Of a DNA stretch of 64,000 bases, positions 13,651 through 26,887 are shown piece by piece. The notes under the pieces were generated by a model. The model was not told the DNA's origin. It worked only from the letters and a program-made list of their open reading frames with translations, and did no database searches. Position 1 is the first letter of the stretch; every line of letters starts with the position of its first letter. A program made the translations under genes and the position numbers. This DNA is from Mytilus edulis (taxonomy: Eukaryota): assembly GCF_963676685.1 (NCBI RefSeq), contig NC_092345.1:83762001-83826000 (forward strand), given 5' to 3'.

Positions 13651-14943
13651 TTAATAATGTCCTCCATGAAAAAATGTCCACCGGACACATTTTGACAATA
13701 TTTACTTATTTAAATGTGTCCTGGACACAATTTCATGTATGAAAAAGTGTCCATGAACATGGACATTATTCACTACAATAATATTGACTAGGTGGACATT
13801 TTTTCACAGGACATTGTGTCCGCCAGGGCATTTTTTTTATATGATTAAAGTATTAAATGATATCCATTGCCTTGTTATTACTGGACGCATTTAAACTTTA
13901 ATTACGAACTTGAATTAATTGTTACTTTGACATAAAAATTGTCTCATTGGCACTCATACCAACCTTATTTTCATATCTATATTTTTTAATATAATTATAT
14001 ACATTTTAGATGCTGTTCCATTTTATTTTCCTTTGAGGACACAATTTAATAACATTCACTACGAAAATTTGTTCTGCAGATGGACCATATTTCATAACTG
14101 TTGCTGTAAGATGCTGTCCACTTAGGAGACCATATTTCATGGCAATGTACATTATTTGTTTTCTATTGCCTTCTTATCTGACATAATATTTTATTTTATT
14201 TACGTTAAACTATATGGTATCTAGAATTGAATGTAGCGTAAATACAAGCGGATTCCAGTTGACCCTGCGAACACATGATGAATAAAAAAATATTTTTTTT
14301 TGTCCATACAGCAGTTTACCAAGTAAAAGGTCGTCAAAGGCCTTTGAGAGATCCATAAGTATTACATGTTGGTTTTTGTCTAAGAATATACGCGTCTGAA
14401 GGCTTGTAGAACATGATTGATGGTTAAAAAAAACCACACCATTTAACCGTGTTTTATATGCTTAATATGCTTAGCCAGTTGGAAGAGAGTACTTTATAGT
14501 TTCTGTAAAATGAAGAAAAAAAACCCATCACAATTCTAATCATTCTCTTTTCACTAAACTAGTATACACATGTGCCAGTTGAATGAGAGTACTTTACAGT
14601 TTCTGTACAATGTTTAAAAAAACCACACATCACAATTCTAAAAATACTCTTTTCACTGTACTAGTATTCATATTTGTGCTTAGGTGCTGTTTGAACCCCG
14701 CCTACGGTGCGGGATTTTCTCGCTGTGTTGAAGACCCATTGGTGGCCTTGTGCTGTTTTCTGCTCATTGTTCGGGTTGCCACGGTCTTTTTTAACGTGGC
14801 ATATTTCATATTAACATGATTAAACAAAAACCGCAAAATTCATAAGGAATATAGGAGGTACCAAATCGGAGATTACTATTTGTCTAAATTATTATCATGT
14901 AATGTAAGGGTTTCTGACTGTTATATTCTTGCAACGTTAATCA

Positions 14944-15089
14944 NNNNNNNNNNNNNNNNNNNNNNNNNNNNNNNNNNNNNNNNNNNNNNNNNNNNNNNNN
15001 NNNNNNNNNNNNNNNNNNNNNNNNNNNNNNNNNNNNNNNNNNNNNNNNNNNNNNNNNNNNNNNNNNNNNNNNNNNNNNNNNNNNNNNNN
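14944..15089. other. Assembly gap (run of N)
   Basis: 146 N. Confidence 1.
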
Positions 15090-16113
15090 GTGTAATCTGC
15101 TTCCGTCCGTTGGTCACCTGGATGCACTGTTTATTTGTCGGGGAAAGTTGTGTGTTAATGGTTAGACCACAAATCTATATCTTTGATGACCAGTTGACAT
15201 CTAATTCGCGTTTTTGTCATACGTATTTCCTAATCGAAAGCCTGTCATATTATAGACCTAGATAGTCATAAATATAAATGGACACTGTACAGATAATTTT
15301 ATTATCAAATCAAAGTGCCCTTGTAATTATTCATAACATAATAAACAAACAAACCAACCAACAAGTAAGACAAAAATGATTCATACAGTTATAATTATAT
15401 TGAGTTTATAATAAAATCAAATAATCGTTCGTGTTTCGTATTTCGTTTTCTTTCTGGTCCAGACCCGGGTTTGTATCACACCTTTTGTCATCTTTCCGAG
15501 TTGTGTCCCTTGCTAATGTGCCAAAAGTTGACCTTTGTTTACAAGTAGTTTCACCTGGTAGTTTCAATGTACCTCTATTCTTTGGTTTTAATAAAAAGGT
15601 ATATCAACTTAAATTTATGTAACCTTAAACCAGGAACATATATACTGTTCCCAGCTTAAACCAACCTTTAACTCACTTCTAAAATCAAATTGTAACTTTC
15701 TGACCAGATATGGCCTAAAACCACTATACCACATAATAACTGTAGTCTGTAGATTGTTATAAACAATTAAAATTAATAAGGCGACAATGATGGCCTTTTT
15801 CGAGAAACAAACTTAAGAAAGTTGATTTTTTTGTTAGAATTAATGAAAAGTTTTTGGTCAGTATTTTTTGTCCAAAAAATATAGGTGCCTTTTCTTAACA
15901 TAATTTGGACTTATCTCCCATACCTATCAATTTTGCACTCAAAACCATATGTCTCATCCGAGCATGAAAAGACCATTCAGTTCTGTTAGGGCTAAGGAAA
16001 ATAAATTATTTTGCCTTTGGTATAATGGAGGGGGCTGATTGGAGGGTCTCATCACCATTCACGAGTTGATTTTTTTGTCAATCACAATCCTGCTTAATTA
16101 TTGTTAAGTGAGA

Positions 16114-16279
16114 AATACACCTTATCGCTATTCCCGGCTGACCCGTCCGCTTGAACTTTTGACGTCAACAACAATCACTTTTCCATTGTGGCGTCAGACA
16201 TTTTGTTTTATGACGTCAAAATTTTACGGGAACCTGTGTGATTTCCAGCAATGGCGGACAAATAGCGATAAGGTGTATT
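16114..16279. mobile_element. MITE with perfect 19-bp TIR
   Basis: aatacaccttatcgctatt ... aatagcgataaggtgtatt; two internal TGACGTCA. Confidence 0.75.
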
Positions 16280-16840
16280 GTATCCCACTTCTCGTTGCCA
16301 TAATAGGGCATGTAATTTCCCCTGTCCCACCGAACTTCATTTCCCATTTTCACTCTTAAAAAATCTGCCAATCCTGTGTCATGCTAAGACCCCAATGATA
16401 CCCACAATGCAGAGTGCACAAAGTATCTGATATATAATAAAAAATAACCGGCACACATATCGACCAATCAGGATTAGCCATACTCTTAATTCTGAATACC
16501 ATGTTAATCTAATGGTTTATTGGACCGTAACCTCAATGCAATTACTATATATCCTTTTTATGAGGGGTACATTTCAAGTGATAAAATATATATTTTTTTG
16601 TAAAAAACACTTTTAAGTACATATCCTGACACTGATCATATGAGCACATATTTATATTATTTGAAGAAACTTTTTCCGAAGAATCTCATATCTATCTGGT
16701 ATTATATGGTCAAAACATGTCCAAGAATTTTGTAATATTATTGGGGGGGGGGGGGAGGACAGTTGTTTCATACAACACCCTCTTTCTTATATAAGTGTTG
16801 TAATTTGGAACAGACAGGAATAAAGTAGTAGGCCTACTAA

Positions 16841-18218
16841 CAGTCAGAGCTCAGACATAAATAAGTCTGAATCTGCTTTTGACTTATAGATGTCTAAATT
16901 TGTAAATTTTAGGATTTGTCTCCCTTTAATGCAAGACAAAATACGACTTAAGGTAGCACAATACAAAGATTTTATAACTCCAACTCCCAAGTTTTAAAAT
17001 GCTGTAACTTTCTTAATAAAGCTTGAAAATTTATAAAAGTGGTAGTTTTGGATAGCTTTACTCTTTCAAATAAATGCAATGTTAGTATTATGCTTTAATT
17101 ATGTAACCAATTATAATGTTAACTGTGTCTAAAATATTTTCACCAAATTTCCACTTTCAAATGAAATTAGCTTCTGCATAGGTATCCCTAGAGGGTTGAT
17201 TTTATTATATGTTGTTCCTATGGCCATTATCTACAAAAGGTTGTCTCAGATTTTAGATAGAATGTATAGAACAAATTTTACACCTAATTAATCATTATCT
17301 TCTTTTATGTGGTTAGGATGTTTACACTAATTAGAGATTTGTGAGAGAATGGAATACCATAGAGACAATCTGAGACACCCTTTTGAAGCCCAAAATGTGT
17401 TGATTAAGATTTCGTTAAAATTTTTAGTATAGTTAAAGAGATGATAGAGCTCAATTCATTCAAGTGAACGTACCCATATTTTGCCACTAATTACATAATA
17501 ATTGATTACATAATGATTGCATAATAAAAATATTGCATTCATTTAAAAGATAAATCTTTTATCTATCTATGTATACCTCTTTTATTATTTTCTATGCATT
17601 CATAAGAAAGTTACAGCATTTCAAAGGTTAGTGATTGGAAGTAAAAAAATCTTTGTATTGTGCTACCTTAAATAAGTCAAATATTGTTAAGCAAGAAATG
17701 ATTGACCAGAATCAAAAAGTTGCAAATATCAACTCCTACAAGTCGATAAGTTACCAAAATTGGTCAACTTCAAGACCCACGCATACTTATAAAAAGGTCA
17801 TGCATCTAAATCAAATAATGACAACATTGAAATCCAATGCCTTGTCTTCTAAAGAAAAATATGAATGAGAGTCTGAAAAATCAGGGAATATGTTAATTAA
17901 CCTTACAATGCAACCACCTGGATCCACACTTAATGAGGTAAAAGATCTGTGTTTAGTAAGGATGTTCAATTAGATAATTAAATATAGATAGACCAATTCC
18001 TTGTGAACTCCTAGACAGGTTTTTACTGTCAAAGGTGGTGTAGTTTGGCCACCAAGTCAAGTTAAGTTTTTTCATCAACATAAATAGACCTAAACAAGTC
18101 TGTCATTTTGTGACTTAGATAAGTCTAAAATTGAAAACACATTTTTATAAAGAATACATGTTTTGACTTCTTTAAGTCAAAAACAGAAATAGACTTGTTT
18201 ATGTCTGAGCTCTGACTG
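16841..18218. mobile_element. Non-autonomous CAG-ended TIR transposon with 5-bp TSD (hAT5-like)
   Basis: 28-bp TIR cagtcagagctcagacataaa(t/c)aagtct; ACTAA at 16836-16840 and 18219-18223. Confidence 0.8.
16952..17667. mobile_element. TTAA-TSD MITE with GG...CC ends (Kolobok-like), nested in the previous element
   Basis: TIR ggtagcacaatacaaagatttt; TTAA at 16948-16951 and 17668-17671. Confidence 0.85.
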
Positions 18219-18311
18219 ACTAAACATTCTTTCCTATATTGTCTAAATTTCCTACTTTGATATCCTTTTCTTCATGCTTTAGTTTTGATTTTTGTTTTGC
18301 AGGTTTTTATA

Positions 18312-18918
18312 ATGTATAAAACAGGACTTTTAATTCTGACAAGACCACTTCCTGTTTTAAAATCAGCTGTTCAATCAGTTTTGGAGGAAGCTGCAACAGT
18401 AGTATCCAATACACTCTATGTTCATATTCAACCATCATCCAGTTCAGATACATTCAAAATCGGGAATGTGCCTTGTTCTAAAGACTTCCGATGTCTAATG
18501 ACACAGTTGTACTCTTCTAGTGCTTCGCTATGCAATAATTTAGATGTCAGAATATTATTAAACAATGTATCAAATTTACCGTTGGAAAGGAATTTAAAAT
18601 TTGATTTAAAAAGACCTTGTGATATTGTACTGATAGACAATCAATTGATTGCTGATGAATTTCAAAATAAATCTAAATCTTTAGCAAGCTTAATGAAAGA
18701 TGGATTAAAAGGACCAGCAGAAGTACACACATTAAGCATGCCTGCTGACAGTCAAAGCAGTATGATTGAGGATGATAAAGTGGAATCCTTTGATAATGTT
18801 GTTCTTGGTGGAACCTTTGACCGTTTACATGCAGGTCACAAAATAATGCTGAGTGAAGCATGTTTCCTGGCAGAACGACAGATAACAGTTGGAGTTACAG
18901 ATGAAAATATGAATCGAA
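18312..18918 (+). CDS. COASY: COASY coding exon 1
   Basis: Acceptor tttgcag ends at 18302, ATG at 18312, encodes [12 protein letters not shown], phase-1 donor gtagga. Confidence 0.93.
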
Positions 18919-21900
18919 GTAGGAAATTAAGACAATGTAGGGAAAAGTGTTAAGTAGGCCAAAGATAAACCCCACTACATGTATGTTTATTTTGTTCCAA
19001 GAAACAACACTTACATTATCAGTTATTGAAATACTTCTTATATATTTCCTGAAAAGTTTTTATCAATTGTACTTATGCAGCACTGATGTTAGTATGAAAG
19101 ATTTTAAATGTTGACTTCAGCAATGAGGGTAGGAATGCCCTTTACCGTCAAACAGTAATTTTTAGCGCAAATTGGTTAAAATTTTACCATATTAAAATTG
19201 GTCAAAATATTCTTATTGTGATTTGTCAGCGGTCTCAAATAATTATCGTACCATTATTTTTTAGAAATTTTTTAACCTGATTCGCCAATATCAGTAGATT
19301 TTTTTATCGTCTAAATGAAAGTGTACATTTTATCGTCATGCACCAAAAATTATCGTTAACATCATTTGGCAAGAATTTCTTACATTATTCATCATGAAAA
19401 AAAATGACAGGAGTGTTGAATAACTCAGACTAATTGATGCCTCCATCAAACAACATTATTATTCTTAGGTGAATAATCTTTTCATAAATTCCAAAAACAC
19501 TTCTTATCTGAAAACAAGATAATCTCTGATATGCAAAAATGTGTGTTTATCATACTTCATGATATTTGAACAATAAAAACTGGAACAAAAATAAGGGGGA
19601 TACACCACTTAGCACATACAAGGTTACACACTTTATTGAGTTACTTGTATATACTGTAAGAGAATAACACTTTTTCAGAAAAGACATTATGTGAACTGAT
19701 AACTCCAACAGAGAAGAGAATTGAAGGTGTTTTAGACTTTCTACAGGATATCAAGCCATGCATTGAACATAAAGTTGTGGCAATAAATGATATGTTTGGT
19801 CCGACAATCTCTGATCCAGATCTCCAGTTTATTGTAGTCAGTGAAGAGACAAAGAGAGGAGGAGAAATAGTCAATGAAGAAAGACAGAAGAAGGTAGATA
19901 TATATACATTCGTGTAAAATGACAATATTGTTTTATTTATCATCAGTTAGAATTATCTAAAGAAGTAGGTCAACCATAATGGTTCAAAAACAGCCCTTAT
20001 AATAGGAAGAATTTGAAAATTTGTATACTTAGGGTACCACCATTAGATTTTTTTGGGGTTGCAAGGTTGATTATTTTGCCAATGGAATATTTACTTTCAC
20101 CTGCTACATATACTAGCACTGCTTACCAGTATTACTTTCTAAGAAACTATAAATGACTATGACATTGTTTGATAACCTACTAGTCCTTTTTTGTATATAT
20201 AGAAATCTAAATAAAAAAAGGACAAGGCAGCACATCAAATATTACATCAAATATTATATATACTGGATCTTCTAAAATAGACAGATAAGGAAACAAATTT
20301 TAAACAACTTAAAAAGATTTGCTCCACAGTACTAATACAAGATGGTTAATATACAAAGATAATGTTACAAAATCATGTTGACAAATATTTTGGCCGAACA
20401 AATAACCTACAATATACATTTTGACCTGACACAGTGATGATCTCTTGTTATTTGCCCAATAGATATTTTAGTTTTTAGTCAACAGAGTGAGTGGCAATTT
20501 ACATGTTGATAAAATAAATTATTTCAGGGATTTACTGTTCTGAAGCAACATGTGATAGAACTGGTTGTAGATTCATGTCATAATCAATACGAAGAGGAAA
20601 AAATAAGTTCATCATCATCGAGAAAGAGGCTTCTTGGAACTGTTATCAATCCTATTGTGGTATGTCTTCTTTGATTTTATTTACAAATTTTTCATATTAT
20701 GAATGCAAATAATATATACAAAGTTTTGTCCAACTCAGAATGGCTCTGTGAATTAAGTGATACATGTACTGAGTTTTGTTGTTTTCATGGCCACTGCTAG
20801 AAGTTGTGTCATAAATGAGATTTGAATTTCTTTGGAAGGTCAAGTTAGAAACAAATGAATATTACAATAATTCTGAATACAGAAATGTGTTAAATGCTTC
20901 ATTGTAAATTGTATATATTTTTTCAGCCAAACAGAAACATACCTAGCTCTCCTTATGTAATAGGATTGACAGGAGGCATAGCTAGTGGGAAGTCAGCACT
21001 GTGTGGAAGGTTAGAGAAACTAGGTGCTGGTATAGTGGACTGTGACAAATTAGGTAATGTCCATATCAATGGTTGTAATGTGTCACTTCATTGACCTGCC
21101 CTGTCTGATAAGGGAGGTAATAAATAAGAAAATGTATGCCCTATCTGATAAGGGAGGTAATAAATAAGAAAATATATGCCCTATCTGAAAAGGGAGGTAA
21201 TAAATAAGAAAATGTATGCCCTTTCTGATAAGGGAGGTAATAAATCAGAAAATGTATGCCCTGTCCATTATGGGACAAAACAAATAATAACTGATAAGGG
21301 AGATGATTAACAACAAAAGTGTATGCCCTGTTTGATAAGGGAGATAACAAAGAAAGAAGCATATGCCCTGTCTTTGTCAAATAAGGTAGATAACAAATCA
21401 GGATTGATGAGGGAGATAACAAATAAGGATTGATAAGGGAGATGACAAATATGGATTTGCCCTGTCTGATAAGGGGGATATCATAAATAGGGAAGTACCG
21501 AAGATTCATTTATTTTCATTGATACCCATTTTTGTGGATCAAGGCAAAATTGTATTTTCCTGGATATCAGATTTTATGGTTTTGCAAATTCCATGAAAAT
21601 TGGTTTAAAACCAAAAATAACGAATCAACAGTATGTACTGTCTGATGAGGAAGATACTATGATATTATTACGTAAGTATTTCTGTATTGGCCTTGTTCTT
21701 GGTCCGAGGCTTGCTGTATTGGCCTGAGGCGAAGCCGAAGTCCAATACAGCTGGCCTCGGACCAATAACAAGGCCAATACAGAAATACATGTAATAGTAT
21801 CTGTATTAATTAACTACAGTGTTACAATATTTTTTTTTAATTTCATTTCAAAAGAGATAAATATTTTTACTTTAAAGTGGAACTATCCAAATCTCAGTTT

Positions 21901-24900
21901 GTTTCTTTTTACAAGATGCAATACATAATGATCTGGTGGCGGTGCTGTTTCCAGGTGTCTTCAGCATTTTCTCATCTGATGAATTTTTCTACCCTTTTCA
22001 GTCACTATAAAGTGTTACAACTTAAATTTAGACGCAACACATAAATAGTAATTGGAAAGGTACTGCCATTGCATGTCTTATGCAGAAACTGATTATAAAA
22101 TCGATGTGTACCATCGTCATGATCGTGAAATAATTTATGAGGTCGTCAAGAAATGAACTTTGCGATAGTCTACATGTTCCCCAAACCTGAAATAATTCTA
22201 TCGTCTGCTTTCAAAATACTTTTTAAATGAATGTGACCGTCTTTTTAGCCTGAATTGTATGCCATAATGACATTTTCAGCATGTTTAAGATGACTAAATG
22301 ACAAACTGCGTCTTCAAAACAACTGTTTACTTTCATTTCGTGTTTATCGTGACTTTCGATGTAAAAACTAGAGACGTTTCGAAATCCTGCACTTGTGTCA
22401 TCTCGGCCAATACAGAAAAAAATCTATATTGGCCTAGTTATTCTGTATTGACCTAGTTTACACCTTATATTGCATAGGCAGTTTTCATCATATTAAGTCC
22501 AATAACAGTGTAGTTAATTAATGAAATAAGATAATCATAGTAAGCACTGTTAAGAACAGAGATACACATCAGAAAAGATGTTGGTTTATGGCTTTTTATG
22601 ATAAATCAGGAATACTGATTCGTTATGCTGCTCTTTGATTTATATATAGATAAAAAGATATACATGTATAGGTTGCATCAATCAATGAGACAACACCCTA
22701 ACAACATGATAAAAAAAGATATTTATAAGTTTAACAAAATACAAGGGTCTTTATCACTTGTTATACTCTTAATTGTTGCTAGTCTATACATGTAAGACTA
22801 TGTGATATTTTTGAGAGACACACACAAATAATAGAACTTTTGTAGTTAATGATTTACATTTTCTTCTAAACTTGTTATTATTTTATATTTTTAAGATTGA
22901 AAATTGAAAGTTGAAATAAACTTAATGGTACTAGCACAAAATATTAAATTTTATATTTCTAGGCCATGAAGTGTATTTAAATGGAACACCCTGTTACAAT
23001 ATTTTGGTAGAACAGTTTGGCGATGAAATTGTTGGTAAAAATGGAGAAATACAAAGAAGAGCCTTAGGATCTATTGTATTTAGCAATCCAGTGAGATTAA
23101 CAAATATTGTATATATCTTTAGATGTTGCATTTGCGAAGTCCAGGGTTTTTGAATTTGACAAATAGCAAAATTGGAATTATCTTGCTCTTTACAAATAGT
23201 CCATTTGCCAATTACTGATTTAATTCATCTTGCTCCTTACAAATAGTCCATTTGCCAATTACCGAATTGATTCTGTTATTACACACTTTTTAAACAAATT
23301 ACTTCCCTTTGTCAATCATAGACTGGTTCCATACCGGACACAATTGGCTTTTGCCAGTGCAAAGCATGATGAATTGAAAGTGATGTATCGGTGGTTTAAC
23401 TAATTTTTCATGAAAAATAATTTCTGATGTCAAAATTATTTAGCTTAACAACAAATTAATGTAATTAAAAGATTGAAAACCTTAAAGATTACTCACATTA
23501 CGCACAGGTAAATTTGCTCATTCTACTAGCTGTCCATTGTGAATAAAAATTAATGTCCCTTATAAGGGAGACAACTAAAAAAGGGATCTCTAATTAAAGG
23601 GTCAATTATGGGAATTGGCAAATAGCCTATTTGTCACTACCATGCTATATTTTAGAAGTGAACTTGATAGGAAATAAAAGTTGAATGTAACCAATGTTAA
23701 TTGATAAATAAGAATTTCTAATTATTTGTAGGTTTATAATTTCCCCAATGAGTTGATTATATATTTATAATTAACATGTAGTTTGTTTGATCTGAGTTGT
23801 TCATTGGTCAAAATTTGATTATGATGTCAAAATTTTCTGCTTTCTTTTGCTATTGTGACATTAAAAAAATGGTGAACATGACTGATGATGCAACATGCAA
23901 AGAACACATGTTTCGAAGATTTAAATTTGTAAATTTAGCTGTCTCTAGGAGAGAAATATTGTTCTTTAATTTTTAGCAGTGTGAGAAAAATATTTCTCCT
24001 CACAAGTGAAAAAATGATTTGTAAAATTTTTACTATGACTTTAAAATTTTCTCGATTTCTTCTGAATTTCCTTTGGTGTCGGGTGAAGTCATGAGAATTT
24101 TTTTTTTTTTCAGTTTTTTTCACAACACATAAGTATATATATACATGTTTATAATTATATTATTTCAGGAAAAGCTGCAATTACTCAACAGAATTGTTTG
24201 GCCAGAGATAGGAAAATTTGCAGAAGACAAGATCAAGAAACATGCTGAAAGTTTGTAATAGATTAATTATTGTATGACTTCCATGCAAAAAAATACATTA
24301 TTTGAATATAAAGTTACTCTTCAATTATTAAAGTTTTGTTTTATACTTTAATTTATATTCAAATTTCATCTCGAAGGATAAAAACTGACCACCTCAAAAT
24401 ATCCAATAGGGCTGTAAGTGAACTTCCACAATAATCAATAAATCAAATATGTCGGCCCAGGCCATGTGAAAATGATAACAAATCTATGGCTTGTATGAAT
24501 TATTCAAGATCTAATAAGACAAATACGATAATTTATACATGTAAAACTAAAGCGAAGATAAATATGCCATGTGTATGGCTGTTTTATTTTACCTCCTGCA
24601 GGATAAAGCTAAGAAAAATCCCAATAACTATGACTTGCATGAGCTTTTTCATAAGAGCCTCTATAAAAAAATGTATTTTATCCTTTAAGCAAAAAAAAAA
24701 AAGTTCTTGTTGGCTCCAATTTACTTGTAAAGTAAGTAAATAAGTAAGTAAATATTCTATTTGCACATTTATGAATTTCAGCAACTCAACATGACAGCTT
24801 ACTCCTCAGTTACAACATGTGAACTGTGTCAAATATACAGTTGACATGTTATAACAACATGTTTATACTACTGTATAAATCTATTTAATTTCACTTTTGT

Positions 24901-26887
24901 TGTATTTTATAGATGGTAAAGAAATTGTGGTTTTGGAAGCCGCCTTACTATTAGATGCAGGCTGGAACAATCTTGTACATGAAGTGTGGACATCTGTTGT
25001 TCCCCCAGAGGAGGTAACTTACCTCAAATATTAACTTGCTATATGATAGCTGTACTTATATATTATATTATGTTGGATAAAAAAAAATTAAAAAAAAACA
25101 TCACAAATTTCAACTTGAGATATGTGTTACTGTTGTTAAAATGATAAAATGGGGTTGAAGCAATGAGAATGTTAGAGTATTCTTACTCTGGTGTTATTAG
25201 AATTATTGTATCGTAACCGATACTCACTTCATGACCTTTGAAAAAAACCAACACTTTTTAATGTCACATTTTCTGTTGTGACGCAAAATTACAACTAAAT
25301 TTTTTTTTATTTTCTTCAATGACACAAACTTGAAATGGTGTATTGTGATATTCTCATCTGCCCTGAACAAGTGAAATCTAAGAGAAAGAAATAATCATCC
25401 AACAGTTCGGTAATTTACATTCAAAATAAAATCTTTAATTGACACGTTGACAACTGGAAATAAGGTGTTGACAAAATACACAGTAATGATTGTTTATTAT
25501 CAGGAGAATTTACAGGTTTTTGTAGCAGTTTTGTCTATTAATGATTCTTGTTGGCCTTGCATGGCTAAACACTCCGTCTTTATTCTAGGCAGTTAAGAGA
25601 ATGATGGACAGAAATAATATGACAGAAGAGGAAGCAAACAAAAGGTTAAAGTCACAACTATCCAATAAAGAGAGAGTTCAAAGATCAAATGTTGTATTGT
25701 GTACTCTGTGGGAGTATGAGTACACTCAAACACAGGTATAAGTTTGTTTGAAACAGTTTATCTTTTTAAAACATTAGATGCTTATGGGCATACAGTACAG
25801 AAGAGATATAAACATTGAACTTGTTTGGAAATTTTCACACAAAGTTAGTGTTGATTTGCACTTTTGGATTTGCCAAGAAATTTTGCCAACTACACTACTT
25901 ATTTTAGTGAGAATTTTAGTTTATTTTTCCATGTTTCATGATAGAAAAAATACTACATTTCATATTTACTCGTAATACATTTCCTAAAAACTTCCTCAAC
26001 TCTCAAATGGAAAGAGATTTTTCACCTGATTTGTTGTCCTACCTGTTACAAAGAAAGGGTGAATGATGATGTATTACTATCAGTACATATCAGTTTTATA
26101 ATTATTTATGATGCCCTGCTCCTTAGGACATGCTCCTGTGACTTTGAATTAATTAGTCATTTTCAATTTTAAGTTGTCTGCTTTTGAAGTAAGTTTGAAA
26201 GGAGCTATTTGCGATAGATCATAATGTTTTCTATAAAGTTGCATAATCATCAGTACATAACTATTTCAAGACCTTGTCCACTAGGTCATGGTCCAGTGAG
26301 TTTTAATCAATTAACAATTTTCCATGTTAAGTTTTCTGATTCAGTTAGGTTTTTTTTGGAACTATTTACAAAACCGGTAGACAATACTTTATATAAAGTT
26401 ACATTGCTGTCTGTACATCTCAGTTTGTCAACTATTTTAAGGCCCTACCCAACAGATGGTCCAGCGACTTTGAACTAATTTGCAATGTTGCTGTCCATCA
26501 GATTATCTTTTTCAGAATTTTATGTTGACAGGTGAGACATATCTCTGTGTCAACAGTTTATTTTTTGCTAAATGTCTCTATGTTAACATGCATTGAGGTT
26601 GATTCCCAAAACAAAAATTGGATGTTAAAAAAAAATGAAATCGTACCATTATTGGTAAAATTTACCTTCAGGACAATTTTATTGCCACTACAGAATTTTT
26701 TTTTCATGTTACTGTATATCCTTTTTCCTGCCAAAAAGTTTAATAAGATAAAGATATATGTTTCAATATCATGAGTATTGTCAGAATCAAGGTAATGATC
26801 TCGTATCATTTTTTCTAGGTTGAGAAGGCATGGTCCTTGTTACAGAAGAGGTTAACAGAGAGGAACTCAGAACATTCCAAATATTGA
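18312..26887 (+). CDS. COASY: Bifunctional coenzyme A synthase (PPAT + dephospho-CoA kinase); join(18312..18918,19679..19893,20528..20659,20927..21053,22963..23090,24169..24250,24913..25013,25589..25735,26819..26887), 535 aa
   Basis: All introns are GT-AG and phase-compatible; the 1608-nt CDS is open. Motifs: [19 protein letters not shown] (HxGH), [16 protein letters not shown]; DPCK P-loop [39 protein letters not shown]. Confidence 0.95.
19679..19893 (+). CDS. COASY: COASY coding exon 2
   Basis: KTLCELITP...[23 protein letters not shown]; ttttcag / gtagat. Confidence 0.93.
20528..20659 (+). CDS. COASY: COASY coding exon 3
   Basis: [13 protein letters not shown]...[15 protein letters not shown]; tttcag / gtatgt. 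Confidence 0.92.
20927..21053 (+). CDS. COASY: COASY coding exon 4
   Basis: [15 protein letters not shown]-loop; ttttcag / gtaatg. Confidence 0.94.
21098..21490. repeat. 40-bp minisatellite in COASY intron 4
   Basis: gccct(a/g)tctgataagggaggtaataaataagaaaatgtat, about 4 good copies, then decaying copies. Confidence 0.85.
21661..22522. mobile_element. Hairpin-terminated non-autonomous element (Crypton-like?)
   Basis: 141-nt foldback at 21661-21801 capped by GGCGAAGCC; separate 20-bp inverted repeat at 21805-21824 / 22503-22522. Confidence 0.65.
22963..23090 (+). CDS. COASY: COASY coding exon 5
   Basis: HEVYLNG...FGDEIV...[14 protein letters not shown]; ttctag / gtgaga. Confidence 0.93.
23157..23636. 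mobile_element. Degenerate MITE in COASY intron 5
   Basis: Ends tgacaaatag / ctatttgtca; repeated aatagtccatttgccaattac with inverted aattggcaaatagcctattt. Confidence 0.4.
24169..24250 (+). CDS. COASY: COASY coding exon 6
   Basis: [14 protein letters not shown]; tttcag / gtttgt, phases fit. Confidence 0.9.
24913..25013 (+). CDS. COASY: COASY coding exon 7
   Basis: [25 protein letters not shown]; ttatag / gtaact. Confidence 0.93.
25589..25735 (+). CDS. COASY: COASY coding exon 8
   Basis: [23 protein letters not shown]...[14 protein letters not shown]; ttctag / gtataa. Confidence 0.93.
26819..26887 (+). CDS. COASY: COASY last coding exon
   Basis: [22 protein letters not shown]; acceptor ttttctag. 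Confidence 0.9.
   Translation, partial: VEKAWSLLQKRLTERNSEHSKY

Noticed and set aside
14880-15127. ORFs spanning the N run
   Set aside because: Artefacts of the assembly gap.
26876-26887. COASY C-terminal SKY as a peroxisomal PTS1
   Set aside because: The terminal Tyr does not fit the [SAC][KRH][LM] consensus.
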